Positions 13,409 through 22,100 of a stretch of 64,000 nucleotides of DNA are shown piece by piece. Origin of the DNA: Myxococcota bacterium. Its GTDB lineage: Bacteria; Myxococcota_A; Polyangia; Nannocystales; Nannocystaceae. The stretch's first letter is position 1. The number at the start of each line of letters is the position of its first letter. Under the pieces are notes generated by a model that was not told where the DNA came from, ran no database searches, and saw nothing but the letters and a program-made list of their open reading frames with translations. The stretch covers positions 52,441 through 116,440 of the forward strand of contig JBCCHT010000038.1 in the NCBI GenBank assembly GCA_039028615.1, read 5' to 3'. A program made the translations under genes and the position numbers.

Positions 13409-14389
13409 GTGAGCTACTCTCGATCCGTGGACCATGTCGCCAAACTCGTGCTCTTCAGCGATGTGGTCGAGCGCGGGAGCTTCTCTGCCGCCGCCGCGCA
13501 CTGGGGGTTGAGCCACTCCACCGTCAGCAAGCACATCAAGACCCTCGAGGTGCACCTGGGCGTGCAGCTTTTGCGTCGCACCTCGCGAACGATGACCCTG
13601 ACCGAGGCGGGCGAGCTGGTGCTGGGCTACGGGCGTCGGGTCGGCAGCTCGATGCACGAGCTCGGCGAGCAGCTCGCGACTCTGCGTGGTGAAGTGAGCG
13701 GTACGCTTCGCGTCCACGGCCTGGTGCACGTCGGGCGCCATCTCGTGCAGCCCGCGGTGGCGGCCTTGCTCGCCGAGCATCCCCATCTTCAGGTGCGCGC
13801 CGTGTTCGACGACGGCCCGCTCGCGTTTCATCGGGACGGGATCGACGTCGCCGTGCGGGTCGGGCTCTATGCCTCGGCCGACCTCGCGGCGAGCAAGCTG
13901 ATGGACAACGAGGTCTGCCTGGTCGCGGCGCCGTCGTTGCTCGAGCGTCACGGTACGCCGTCGCATCCCCGCGACCTCGCTCGCTTCCCCACCGTCGCCT
14001 ACGAGTCCGGCTCGGTGCGCATCGACGCGTGGAGCTATCGCGAAGGCGATGAGGTGCATACCGTCGCGATCACGCCCGCGTGCACCTTCAGCGATGGCAA
14101 CGCGCTGGCCGATGGTGTCGCGGCGGGCCTCGGGGTCGGCTATCTGTCGGCCTTCGCGGCGCACCGAGGGCTCGAGCGAGGTGAGCTCCTGCGGGTGCTG
14201 CCGCAGTTCGAGCTGCCCGCCTACGATCCCGTCTATCTGCTCTACGCGCGCACGGAGTACGTGTCGCCGAGCATTCGGGCGTTCCTACGACACATCCGTG
14301 CGGTCGCTCGTTCGTTCGGGGGCGCGTCGGGTCGGACGACGCGAAGAAAGCCTCGCGCTCGCAAGACGAAGTCACGCCGTTCGAAATGA
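13409..14389 (+). CDS. LysR-family transcriptional regulator
   Basis: VVERGSFSAAA..STVSKHIKTLE..LGVQLLRRTSR..LTEAG; divergent from the SnoaL-hydrolase gene. Confidence 0.93.
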   Translation: MSYSRSVDHVAKLVLFSDVVERGSFSAAAAHWGLSHSTVSKHIKTLEVHLGVQLLRRTSRTMTLTEAGELVLGYGRRVGSSMHELGEQLATLRGEVSGTLRVHGLVHVGRHLVQPAVAALLAEHPHLQVRAVFDDGPLAFHRDGIDVAVRVGLYASADLAASKLMDNEVCLVAAPSLLERHGTPSHPRDLARFPTVAYESGSVRIDAWSYREGDEVHTVAITPACTFSDGNALADGVAAGLGVGYLSAFAAHRGLERGELLRVLPQFELPAYDPVYLLYARTEYVSPSIRAFLRHIRAVARSFGGASGRTTRRKPRARKTKSRRSK

Positions 14390-14559
14390 GACGAAAGACC
14401 TCGGGCTTCGGGTGGCGATCGGAAAGAGCCGTCGTTCGTACGTCGTTCGTCGAGTGGCTGAACGGTGAACGATGACGGGGTCGAGCCCGTGCGCTTCAAG
14501 CCAAGGTCGGGCGGTACACTGCCACTCCGCTTGCTTTGCCATCGCGGAAGGAATCCAGG

Positions 14560-15378
14560 ATGACAGACCCCTATCTCGGTGAGATTCGAGTCTCGGCCAC
14601 CAATGTCGTGCCTCGCAACTTCATGCCCTGCCACGGCCAGACTCTTCAGATTCAGCAGAACCAGGCGCTATTCGCCCTGCTGGGGACGGAGTGGGGTGGC
14701 GACGCTCGTACCACGATGCTGCTGCCCGATCTGCGGGGGAAGAAGGTCGTAGGGGTGGGCAAGCACGAGTTCGGACCGGTCGACGGCACCACGGCGGCGA
14801 TCGAGCTGGCCATCGACGTGCAGCCGCCACCCATGCCCAACCCAGGCACCGACTTCGCGAAAATTCGTGCCTTCGCCTTCGGGTTCGCCCCGCGCGGGAC
14901 CATTTCGTGCCAAGGGCAATCGTTGAAGGTCGCCGACCACAACCAGCTCTTCGGCTTGATCGGCCACACCTACGGCGGTGAAGGGGAAGAGTTTGCCCTG
15001 CCGAACCTCGACAACCGGTCCCCCATTGGATTCGAAGGAAGCAAGCCGGGGACAGCGACCGCGTCGACCCTGCAGCTCAACATGAGCACGAACCTGAAGG
15101 CCCAGGATGCTCTGATCGCGATGGCCAGCTACGACTTCGCCCCTCGAGACAGTGAGCTGTGCCGCGGTCAGTCGCTTTCGCAGAGCGAGTACGCCGACTT
15201 GTTCGAACTCATCGGTACCAAGTACGGAGGCGAGGCGCCGAACTTCGACTTGCCCGACCTCACCCTGCGGACGCCGCTCGGTGACGACCAGGAAGACGGC
15301 GTGGGCACCAAGGGCGACGGCACCTTGGCGATGAACTTCATCATCTGTACCGAAGGCATCTTCCCGCCCCGCAGCTGA
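14560..15378 (+). CDS. Protein with three tandem phage tail-collar (microcystin-dependent-protein-like) domains
   Basis: Three copies of (FA/V)PR....C.GQ.L......LF.L(L/I)G..(W/Y)GG......LP(D/N)L; starts DPYLGEIR, ends NFIICTEGIFPPRS; AAGGA upstream. Confidence 0.85.
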   Translation: MTDPYLGEIRVSATNVVPRNFMPCHGQTLQIQQNQALFALLGTEWGGDARTTMLLPDLRGKKVVGVGKHEFGPVDGTTAAIELAIDVQPPPMPNPGTDFAKIRAFAFGFAPRGTISCQGQSLKVADHNQLFGLIGHTYGGEGEEFALPNLDNRSPIGFEGSKPGTATASTLQLNMSTNLKAQDALIAMASYDFAPRDSELCRGQSLSQSEYADLFELIGTKYGGEAPNFDLPDLTLRTPLGDDQEDGVGTKGDGTLAMNFIICTEGIFPPRS

Positions 15379-15577
15379 GCGGGACATGGCTCGCACGCCG
15401 AGTCGGGGCGTGCAGCCCCCGAGCGGTCTCGCGTCCCGGAGCGACGCAGGTCGCTCGGCAAAACCTCGCGAACCGGTGTCTCACCTCCCGTGGGGGGCGG
15501 GGCCGAACGGGCCCAGGCGGCCGAACGATGGTCCGGCGCACGCACGCCCCCGAGCGCGGACGGGACGAGAGACGAGC

Positions 15578-18025
15578 ATGCGGCAATCGTTGGGGTGGGG
15601 GCTGTTGGCGAGCGTGGTGGTGGCCTGTGGCGGCGGTGAGGGCGGCGGGCAGCCTCCCGACGACTCGGGTGTGCCGCCGATCACCGTCTCGGGTACGGGG
15701 ACGGATACCGGGGGCTCGGGCACGGCGGCGGAGACCGAGGCGCCGACCGACGGTGCCGATTCCACGGGCGACACGGGCGGGGCCAGCTGCATGGCCAGCA
15801 TGGATTGTCCCGAGGCCCAGGCCTGCGCGGCGGGGGAGTGCGTGCCCACCGACGGGCCCTGCGAGACCGACTCCGATTGCGACGGCGACACCTACTGCTG
15901 CGCCGGCGGCTGCCTGCCCGACGACGAAGAGGGCGGCTGGTGCATCCCCTACGGCCTCGGCCCGCTGGGCGACGTGAACGACGAGTGCCTGGGCGACGTG
16001 GTCATCGGCTTGTTCGAGCCCGACCTCCAGTGCGAGTGGACGGCCCCGCCCGCGGGCGACCCGTACCCCGATCACGTCAACGTGCTCACCACCCCGATGG
16101 TGGCGCAGCTGCCCTACGACTCGGGCGTGGCGGGCGAGATTGCGCTGGTGACCTACAACTGCACGGACGGCGGCTCGGCCTCCAGCTACGGCTCCGATCC
16201 GAACTGCTACGGCGTCATCCGCATCCTCAACGGGCAGACCTGCGAGCAGATCGACACCATCGACGACCCGTCCGCTCGCTTGATCGCGGCCACGCCTCCG
16301 GCCATCGGTGACCTCGACGGCGACGGGAGCCCGGAGATCGTCAGCCTGCGCGCGGTCAGTGGCGTGGTGGCGTTCACCTGGGACGACGCCGTGGGCCGCT
16401 ACGACACGCTGTGGGTGGCCGAGGACTCGAGCATCAGCGCCCAGAACCGATGGGACGGGCCCGCGATCCACGACCTCGACGGCGACGGCGCGCCCGAGGT
16501 GGTGAGCAGCAGCGAGGTCTACGACGGCGTGACCGGAGCGCGGCTCAATCCAGGGCAGCTCGTCGCGGGCGGCTTCGGGGTCTCGCCCGGGGTGTTCTCG
16601 GTAGTCGGCGACCTGCAGAGCGACGGTCAGGCCGACCTGATCGCGAACGGGATCTGGAGCTGGGACGTGGGCTCGAGCTCGTGGCTGATGACCGCCCCGG
16701 GGACGCCCGGCGGTCGCCACTATGGATTCGCCGACTTCGGTACTCCCGGCGCCACCCCGGCCGACTTCGATCGCTTCACCCTCGATGGGGTCGCGGAGAT
16801 CGTCACCGTGGGCAACGGCACGGTCCTGCTGCACACCCTCGACGGCCAGGAGCTGATGAGCGTGGGCGGCATCGCGGGGGGTGGTCCGCCGACCATCGGG
16901 GACTTCGACAACGACGGCTTTCCCGAGGTGGCCTCTGCGGGCGGCAACTTCTATCGGGTCTTCGACCTCGATTGTGCCGATCCCATGACCCCGGGCTGTG
17001 CCGCGGGCTTCATTCGGTGGATCCAGACCTCGCAGGACCTCAGCTCGAGCAACACCGGCTCGTCGATCTTCGACTTCGAGGGCGATGGCCAGGCCGAGGC
17101 GGTCTACGGCGACGAGTGCTACCTGCGCGTCTACGAGGGCGGTACGGGCGAGGTGCTCTACTCGGCGCCGCGGACCTCGTGTACCTGGTACGAAAACCCG
17201 ATCGTGGTCGACCTCGATCAGGACGACAACACCGAGATCCTCGTCGGGTCGAACACCAACTGCGGCGTGGGCTGTCCCGCCATCGATCCCATCCATCGCG
17301 GGCTGCGCTGCGAGGACGGCACGGGGTGCCCGTCGGGGATCTGCGATGCGGGCTTTTGTCGCTGCGCGGGCGATGCCGAGTGCCCCGCCGAGCACAGCTG
17401 TGCGGCGCCGCCGGCCGAGACACCTGGGGCGGGTGACACCTGTCGGGCCGCGAACCCGCCGGGCCTGGTCATCTCGGGCGTTCGGGTGCTGCGGGATCGC
17501 CTCGATCGCTGGGCGAGCTCGCGGCCGCTGTGGAACCAGCACGCGTACTCGATCACCAACGTCGAGGACGACCTCAGCGTGCCTGCGACCGGCGTGTGGG
17601 AGCAGAACTTCAGCCTGGCGGAGCGCAACAACTACCGCCAGAACGAGCAGGGCGCGGCCACGGCCGAGGAGCTGCCGGACATCACGGGGCGGCTCGAAGA
17701 CACCGCCTGCACGCTCGAGGGCTCCGACGTGACGCTCATGGGCACGGTGTGCAATCGCGGGCTGCGAGCGGTCGCGGCCGCGTTGCCGGCCACCTTCTAT
17801 CTCGGCGAGCCGGGCACGGGGGAGATCCTGTGCGTGGCGTATACGGCCGAGCCCGTTCCCGTCGGTCAGTGTCGCGAGGTCAGCTGTCCGATCGGCTCCG
17901 AGGTCTCGGGGCTCATCACCATGGTCGTCAACGACGACGGGCAGGGCGGGGCGCTGACGGTCGAGTGCAACGAGGACAACAACACCGACACGGTGGACGT
18001 GGCCGACTGCAACCCGCCCGCGTGA
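15578..18025 (+). CDS. FG-GAP/VCBS Ca2+-binding beta-propeller lipoprotein with Cys-rich segments and an Ig/CARDB-like C-terminus
   Basis: Lipobox VVVAC; repeated DLDGDGxPEIV-type motifs; TGSSIFDFEGDGQAEAVYGDE; ENPIVVDLD; RPLWNQHAYSITNV; ECNEDNN. Confidence 0.85.
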   Translation: MRQSLGWGLLASVVVACGGGEGGGQPPDDSGVPPITVSGTGTDTGGSGTAAETEAPTDGADSTGDTGGASCMASMDCPEAQACAAGECVPTDGPCETDSDCDGDTYCCAGGCLPDDEEGGWCIPYGLGPLGDVNDECLGDVVIGLFEPDLQCEWTAPPAGDPYPDHVNVLTTPMVAQLPYDSGVAGEIALVTYNCTDGGSASSYGSDPNCYGVIRILNGQTCEQIDTIDDPSARLIAATPPAIGDLDGDGSPEIVSLRAVSGVVAFTWDDAVGRYDTLWVAEDSSISAQNRWDGPAIHDLDGDGAPEVVSSSEVYDGVTGARLNPGQLVAGGFGVSPGVFSVVGDLQSDGQADLIANGIWSWDVGSSSWLMTAPGTPGGRHYGFADFGTPGATPADFDRFTLDGVAEIVTVGNGTVLLHTLDGQELMSVGGIAGGGPPTIGDFDNDGFPEVASAGGNFYRVFDLDCADPMTPGCAAGFIRWIQTSQDLSSSNTGSSIFDFEGDGQAEAVYGDECYLRVYEGGTGEVLYSAPRTSCTWYENPIVVDLDQDDNTEILVGSNTNCGVGCPAIDPIHRGLRCEDGTGCPSGICDAGFCRCAGDAECPAEHSCAAPPAETPGAGDTCRAANPPGLVISGVRVLRDRLDRWASSRPLWNQHAYSITNVEDDLSVPATGVWEQNFSLAERNNYRQNEQGAATAEELPDITGRLEDTACTLEGSDVTLMGTVCNRGLRAVAAALPATFYLGEPGTGEILCVAYTAEPVPVGQCREVSCPIGSEVSGLITMVVNDDGQGGALTVECNEDNNTDTVDVADCNPPA

Positions 18026-18035
18026 GCTGCAAAAC

Positions 18036-18059
18036 GGCGAGCCCGCGTACGGGCTCGCC
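18036..18059. terminator. Hairpin between convergent genes
   Basis: ggcgagcccg-cgta-cgggctcgcc, preceded by aaaa (U-tract on the minus strand). Confidence 0.6.
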
Positions 18060-18080
18060 AACGGTCTCGGTGACTCGAGT

Positions 18081-19211
18081 TTAGGCCGAGCAGACGCCCA
18101 CGGTGCCGAGGCACTCGTCGGGGGCCGCCCCGTCTTCGTACCAGGGCAAGCAGGACTGGCCGGGCAGGCACGCGCTGTCGTCACCCGGTGTGCAGACCGG
18201 CGAGCAGCAGCCCACGTCGGTGCAGCCGGGCACGATGTCGCCGACGAGGCAGAACGTGCCCGCGTCGCAGGTGTTGATGAACTGGCACGAGTCCCCGGGG
18301 GCGCCCTGGTCTCCCGATGCATCGGGGGCACACAAGAACGTGTCCTCGAAGGGATAGCAGGCCTGCCCGGACGGGCATGCCAAGGGGTCGAGCGGGTTGC
18401 AGACCGGCAAGCACAGCGCCAGCGCGCCCTCGTTGGAGATGGCGCAGGTGGTGTTGGCCGTGTTGCACACGGGCGACGCCTCCGTACAGCCGCACATCTC
18501 GATGCACTCGCCCTGGCTGGTCTCGGCGTCGACGTCCCAGCACATCAGGCCGAGGTCGCAGTCGTCGATGCCCGAGGTGCCGCTGCCTTCGACCGTGCAG
18601 GTCTCGCCCACCTGAGCGGGCATGGCCGCCACCGGACTGCATCGCGTCGCATTCCAGTTCCCGCCGTCGTTGCCCCACGGCATGCACTTTTCGCCCGCGG
18701 GACAGTCCTGGGCGAAGATGTCGCATTCGAAGGGGTCGGAGCCACCGTCGGGGCGCTCGATGAAACCGCCGAAGTCGGGCTCGTCGGGGGCCACCAGCGA
18801 GTCCACCGGTTCGCCGCCCGCGACGGGCCACGAGCCTTCGATGATGACGGCGGGAGGGGCATCGCTCGCGCCGCACTTGGCCGGGGGAGGCAGCGAGACC
18901 TCGCAGACTTCCATGTCGCCGGTCTCTCCATTCATATCGCCGGTTTCGGTGGAGTCCGAGCTGTCGCTGCCGTCGGTGGAATCGATGCTGGTGGTGGATT
19001 CGGCGGCACCGGTGCTGTCGGCAGCTCCGGTGGACGCCGGGGGTGGAGTGTCATCGGGCTGGGTGGGGCCGCCGGAGGACGCCATCGCGTCCCCCGTGCT
19101 GGATGCTCCTTCGGGGCCGCCGCTGGGCTCGTCATCGGGACAGCCGAGCAGCGGGAGTAGGGTGCATAGAAATAGTGATGAACGGATGGTTGGTGAAATA
19201 CGTGGAACCAT
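18081..19211 (-). CDS. Cys-rich lipoprotein, paralog 3
   Basis: LLGC lipobox, long Ser/Thr/Asp stalk, CDIFAQDCPAGEKCMPWGNDGGNWNATRCSP..DDCDLGLMCWD. Confidence 0.85.
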   Translation of the reverse strand: MVPRISPTIRSSLFLCTLLPLLGCPDDEPSGGPEGASSTGDAMASSGGPTQPDDTPPPASTGAADSTGAAESTTSIDSTDGSDSSDSTETGDMNGETGDMEVCEVSLPPPAKCGASDAPPAVIIEGSWPVAGGEPVDSLVAPDEPDFGGFIERPDGGSDPFECDIFAQDCPAGEKCMPWGNDGGNWNATRCSPVAAMPAQVGETCTVEGSGTSGIDDCDLGLMCWDVDAETSQGECIEMCGCTEASPVCNTANTTCAISNEGALALCLPVCNPLDPLACPSGQACYPFEDTFLCAPDASGDQGAPGDSCQFINTCDAGTFCLVGDIVPGCTDVGCCSPVCTPGDDSACLPGQSCLPWYEDGAAPDECLGTVGVCSA

Positions 19212-19389
19212 GGATCCGACTACTTGGTGCACTCGGACCGCCCATCGATCATCACGATTCACGAACGTGGGATGACACGGAGGCGTGGATCACAGCGCGG
19301 GTGTACCGACCCGTCGGCGGGACGACTTGCCGCACGGCGTGGTCGGGAACTTCAATAGCGTCGACGGCGACCGGCGGCTGCGTGGCCGC

Positions 19390-20802
19390 TTACGACGCGG
19401 GACTACGACCGGACGCGGCCAAGAAATCGGCGAGCGCCCGGTGGTAGGCGGCGAGCGCATCGATCTCTTGGTTGGCCGCGTCGGCAGCCGCGAGCTCGCG
19501 AAGGTTCACCGTGACCAGGTCGCTCGCGCCTTCGTTGAACCGCGTGCGCTCGGCATCGGCGAGTCGATCGGCGGCGTCGATCTGCTGACGAGCGAGGGTG
19601 ATGCTCTGCTCGGAAGCCCGCAGCGAGACCAGGGCGGAGCGCACCTCGGCCCCGATGCGATCGCGGAGCCCTCGACGCTGGGCATCGACGGAGGCCAGCC
19701 CGGCCTTGGCCGCCCGAAAGTCACCCCGCGCCTGGCGAAGCGGCAGCGGCATCGCGAACACGAGGCCTGCGCCCCACTCGACCGGCTGCAGCTCCTCGAT
19801 GCCTTCCCCGATGTCCTTGGCGACGTAGCTCTGGATGTTCACCGATGGAGCGCGCTGGTTCTTCGCCAGCCGCACGTCGACCCGGGCCGCGTCCCGGGAT
19901 GCATCGAGGGCGGCGAGATCGGGGCGCCGTTGCAGGGCCGCGTCGACTTCGGCCTGGTCGCCAGCCAGATCGAGGCGCAGGGGCTCGGGGAACGCCGAGG
20001 GGACCCGGTCTTCACCCACGCGCACCGTGTTGGCATCGGCGTCGCGCAAAAACAGCGACAACGCGAGCGAGGCCTGCTCGAAGTCGCGTTCGGCCGAGAC
20101 CACCTTGCCCATGCGATCGAGCACGAGCCGACGGTTGTCCACCAGCTTGATCCGTTCGATGGCTCCAGCGGCGGCTTGCTCGTTGAGGCCCGCGTCGCGG
20201 CGCTCGGCGATCGCCAGCAGGTCCCGCGCCACGCGGAGCCGCTGGCCCGCGGCGACCCAGGCCCAGTAGGTGCTGGCGGCCTTGCGCTCGTTGGCCAGCT
20301 GCGTGGCATCGCGGGCTCGCTCGGCCCCGCCCCGCAGGATCTTGGTCTTCTGGATCTTCGCTCGCCGAGCGTCGATGGGGCCGTCCCGCCAGATGGGAAT
20401 GTCGATGCCGGCCCGCATCTCGCCCCCGGAGAGCGTCTGCTGGCCGCTGCGGTAGGTGGGGTAGGTACCGAGCCCGAGGCGATAGCCCGCGAACACGCCG
20501 AGGCCCCACGCGGGCGTCGCCTGGCGTGCGAGCACGTCGATCTGTCCGTTGCGGTAGTAGCCGACGGGGGCGTACTTGCCCGTGATCTTCAGCTCGGGAT
20601 CGAAGCCCCCCTTGGCGGCCAGCTCTTTACCCCGAGCTCGGTCGACGCCCCGGTCGGCCGCTTCCACGGCGGGGTGGGTCTGGCCGACGGACTGCAGCAC
20701 GTCGTCGAGGGACAGCGGCTCGGTCGCGGACGCAGCCGTCGGCGCACCGACGGTGAGGGCCGCGACCAGGACGAAGAGGCGGCAACGCGAGGGCATGCTC
20801 AT
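19390..20802 (-). CDS. TolC-family outer membrane efflux protein
   Basis: Signal peptide, LSLDDVL, GGFDP, two OEP helical repeats, RFNEGASDLVTVNLRE; start overlaps the HlyD stop (ATGA). Confidence 0.9.
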   Translation of the reverse strand: MSMPSRCRLFVLVAALTVGAPTAASATEPLSLDDVLQSVGQTHPAVEAADRGVDRARGKELAAKGGFDPELKITGKYAPVGYYRNGQIDVLARQATPAWGLGVFAGYRLGLGTYPTYRSGQQTLSGGEMRAGIDIPIWRDGPIDARRAKIQKTKILRGGAERARDATQLANERKAASTYWAWVAAGQRLRVARDLLAIAERRDAGLNEQAAAGAIERIKLVDNRRLVLDRMGKVVSAERDFEQASLALSLFLRDADANTVRVGEDRVPSAFPEPLRLDLAGDQAEVDAALQRRPDLAALDASRDAARVDVRLAKNQRAPSVNIQSYVAKDIGEGIEELQPVEWGAGLVFAMPLPLRQARGDFRAAKAGLASVDAQRRGLRDRIGAEVRSALVSLRASEQSITLARQQIDAADRLADAERTRFNEGASDLVTVNLRELAAADAANQEIDALAAYHRALADFLAASGRSPAS

Positions 20803-22100
20803 GGTTTGGCGCCGGGTTCGGCGGGGGGAGTCACGGCGGGGGGAAAGCCGTTGAACTGACGCCACAGCTCGTACCCGAGGCTGACCTGATTGAGCAGCAC
20901 CCAGCCGTTGGCGCGCACGCCCTGGCGGAGGTAGCGAGCTTCCGGCCAGTCGTCGTGCTCGTCGGGGATCACGACCACGCGAAACTGTCCGCGGCCGTTG
21001 TCGGTGGCGTCGACGAAGGCGACGGTGCCGCCGAAGGTGCCGACCGCGACCGAGGGCCAGCCGACGAACTGCACGGCCGGCCATCCCTCGAACTGGACTC
21101 GCACGTGGCGACCCGCGGTGATGAGCGGGGCGTCGTTGCCGTCGACCCACAGCTCGACCGCGCGCGACTCGGTGTCGGGCACCAGCACCGCGAGCTCGTC
21201 GCCTTGCTTGGCCTGCTCACCGCCTTGCTTGGCCACGAGGCGGAACACGGTGCCGGCCCGGGGCGCCTCGATGCGCATGGTCTGCTGCCGCGCGAGGCGG
21301 ACGTCGAGCTTGGCCAGCTCGGCCTCGGCCTTGGCCTTGTCGGCCTTGGCCTTCTGCAGCGACGAGCGTGCGCCTTCGATCTTGGCCTGGCTGTCGGCCC
21401 CGGTTCGGGTCCGATCGGCCCCCATCGCCTTGACCTCCCGCTTGGCGGCGGCCAGGTCGGCTTTGGCGCGGTCGAGCGAGGCGCTGGTGGTCTCGACCTG
21501 GAGCTCGGCCAGCTCGAGGGTCCGGGTCGACGCGAGGCCACTTTCGTGGAGCGAGCGCTGCCGGGTGACGTTGAGGGTGGCGGTCTTGTGGGCGGCCTCG
21601 GCGGCATCGAGGGCCCGGTGGGCGCCGTCGCGGCGGTCCTCGGCGATCTGCTGCTTGAGGCCCGCGCCCATCACCGCCGCGCTACGCACCTCGCCGAGCG
21701 AGGAAATCTTGGCTTCTTGAACCGCGATGGTGAGCGTGGCCGCGTCGATCTGGCGCTCGACCGAGCTTCGCTCACGGCGCAGGCGCTCGAGAATCTGGGG
21801 ATCGTTGTCGCTGAGCTCGACGATCGGATCGCCCGCGTCGACATGGTCGCCCTCTTGGACGTACCACTCGACGACCCGGCCGCTGATGGGCGCCTCGATG
21901 GCCTGCTGGCGCTCGAGCGGCGCGTAGGCGATGAGCCGGCCGGTACCGGCCACGTTCTGCTGCCAGGGGGTGACCACGAGCGCGACGATCATCGCGACCG
22001 CGCCCGCGAGCAGCAGTCGCGCGAGCACGCGGGCCCCGTCGATGGAGCCGGCCGCGTCGAGCGCGGACGGGCGAGAGACGCCGATGGTGGAAGGCTTCAC
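20799..22100 (-). CDS. HlyD-family membrane fusion protein
   Basis: N-terminal TM, biotinyl-like IEAPISGRVVEWYVQEGDHV, long coiled coil, IEAPRAGTV, VQFEGWPAVQFVGWP..GTFGG, YELWRQFNGFPP. Confidence 0.92.
   Translation of the reverse strand: MKPSTIGVSRPSALDAAGSIDGARVLARLLLAGAVAMIVALVVTPWQQNVAGTGRLIAYAPLERQQAIEAPISGRVVEWYVQEGDHVDAGDPIVELSDNDPQILERLRRERSSVERQIDAATLTIAVQEAKISSLGEVRSAAVMGAGLKQQIAEDRRDGAHRALDAAEAAHKTATLNVTRQRSLHESGLASTRTLELAELQVETTSASLDRAKADLAAAKREVKAMGADRTRTGADSQAKIEGARSSLQKAKADKAKAEAELAKLDVRLARQQTMRIEAPRAGTVFRLVAKQGGEQAKQGDELAVLVPDTESRAVELWVDGNDAPLITAGRHVRVQFEGWPAVQFVGWPSVAVGTFGGTVAFVDATDNGRGQFRVVVIPDEHDDWPEARYLRQGVRANGWVLLNQVSLGYELWRQFNGFPPAVTPPAEPGAKP

Noticed and set aside
14520..14535. 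Sigma54 promoter-like TGCCAC-N5-TTGCT upstream of the collar gene
   Set aside because: The invariant -24 GG is GC here
14560..15378. Prophage or tailocin suggested by the tail-collar gene
   Set aside because: No sheath, tube, baseplate, terminase or integrase genes in the window
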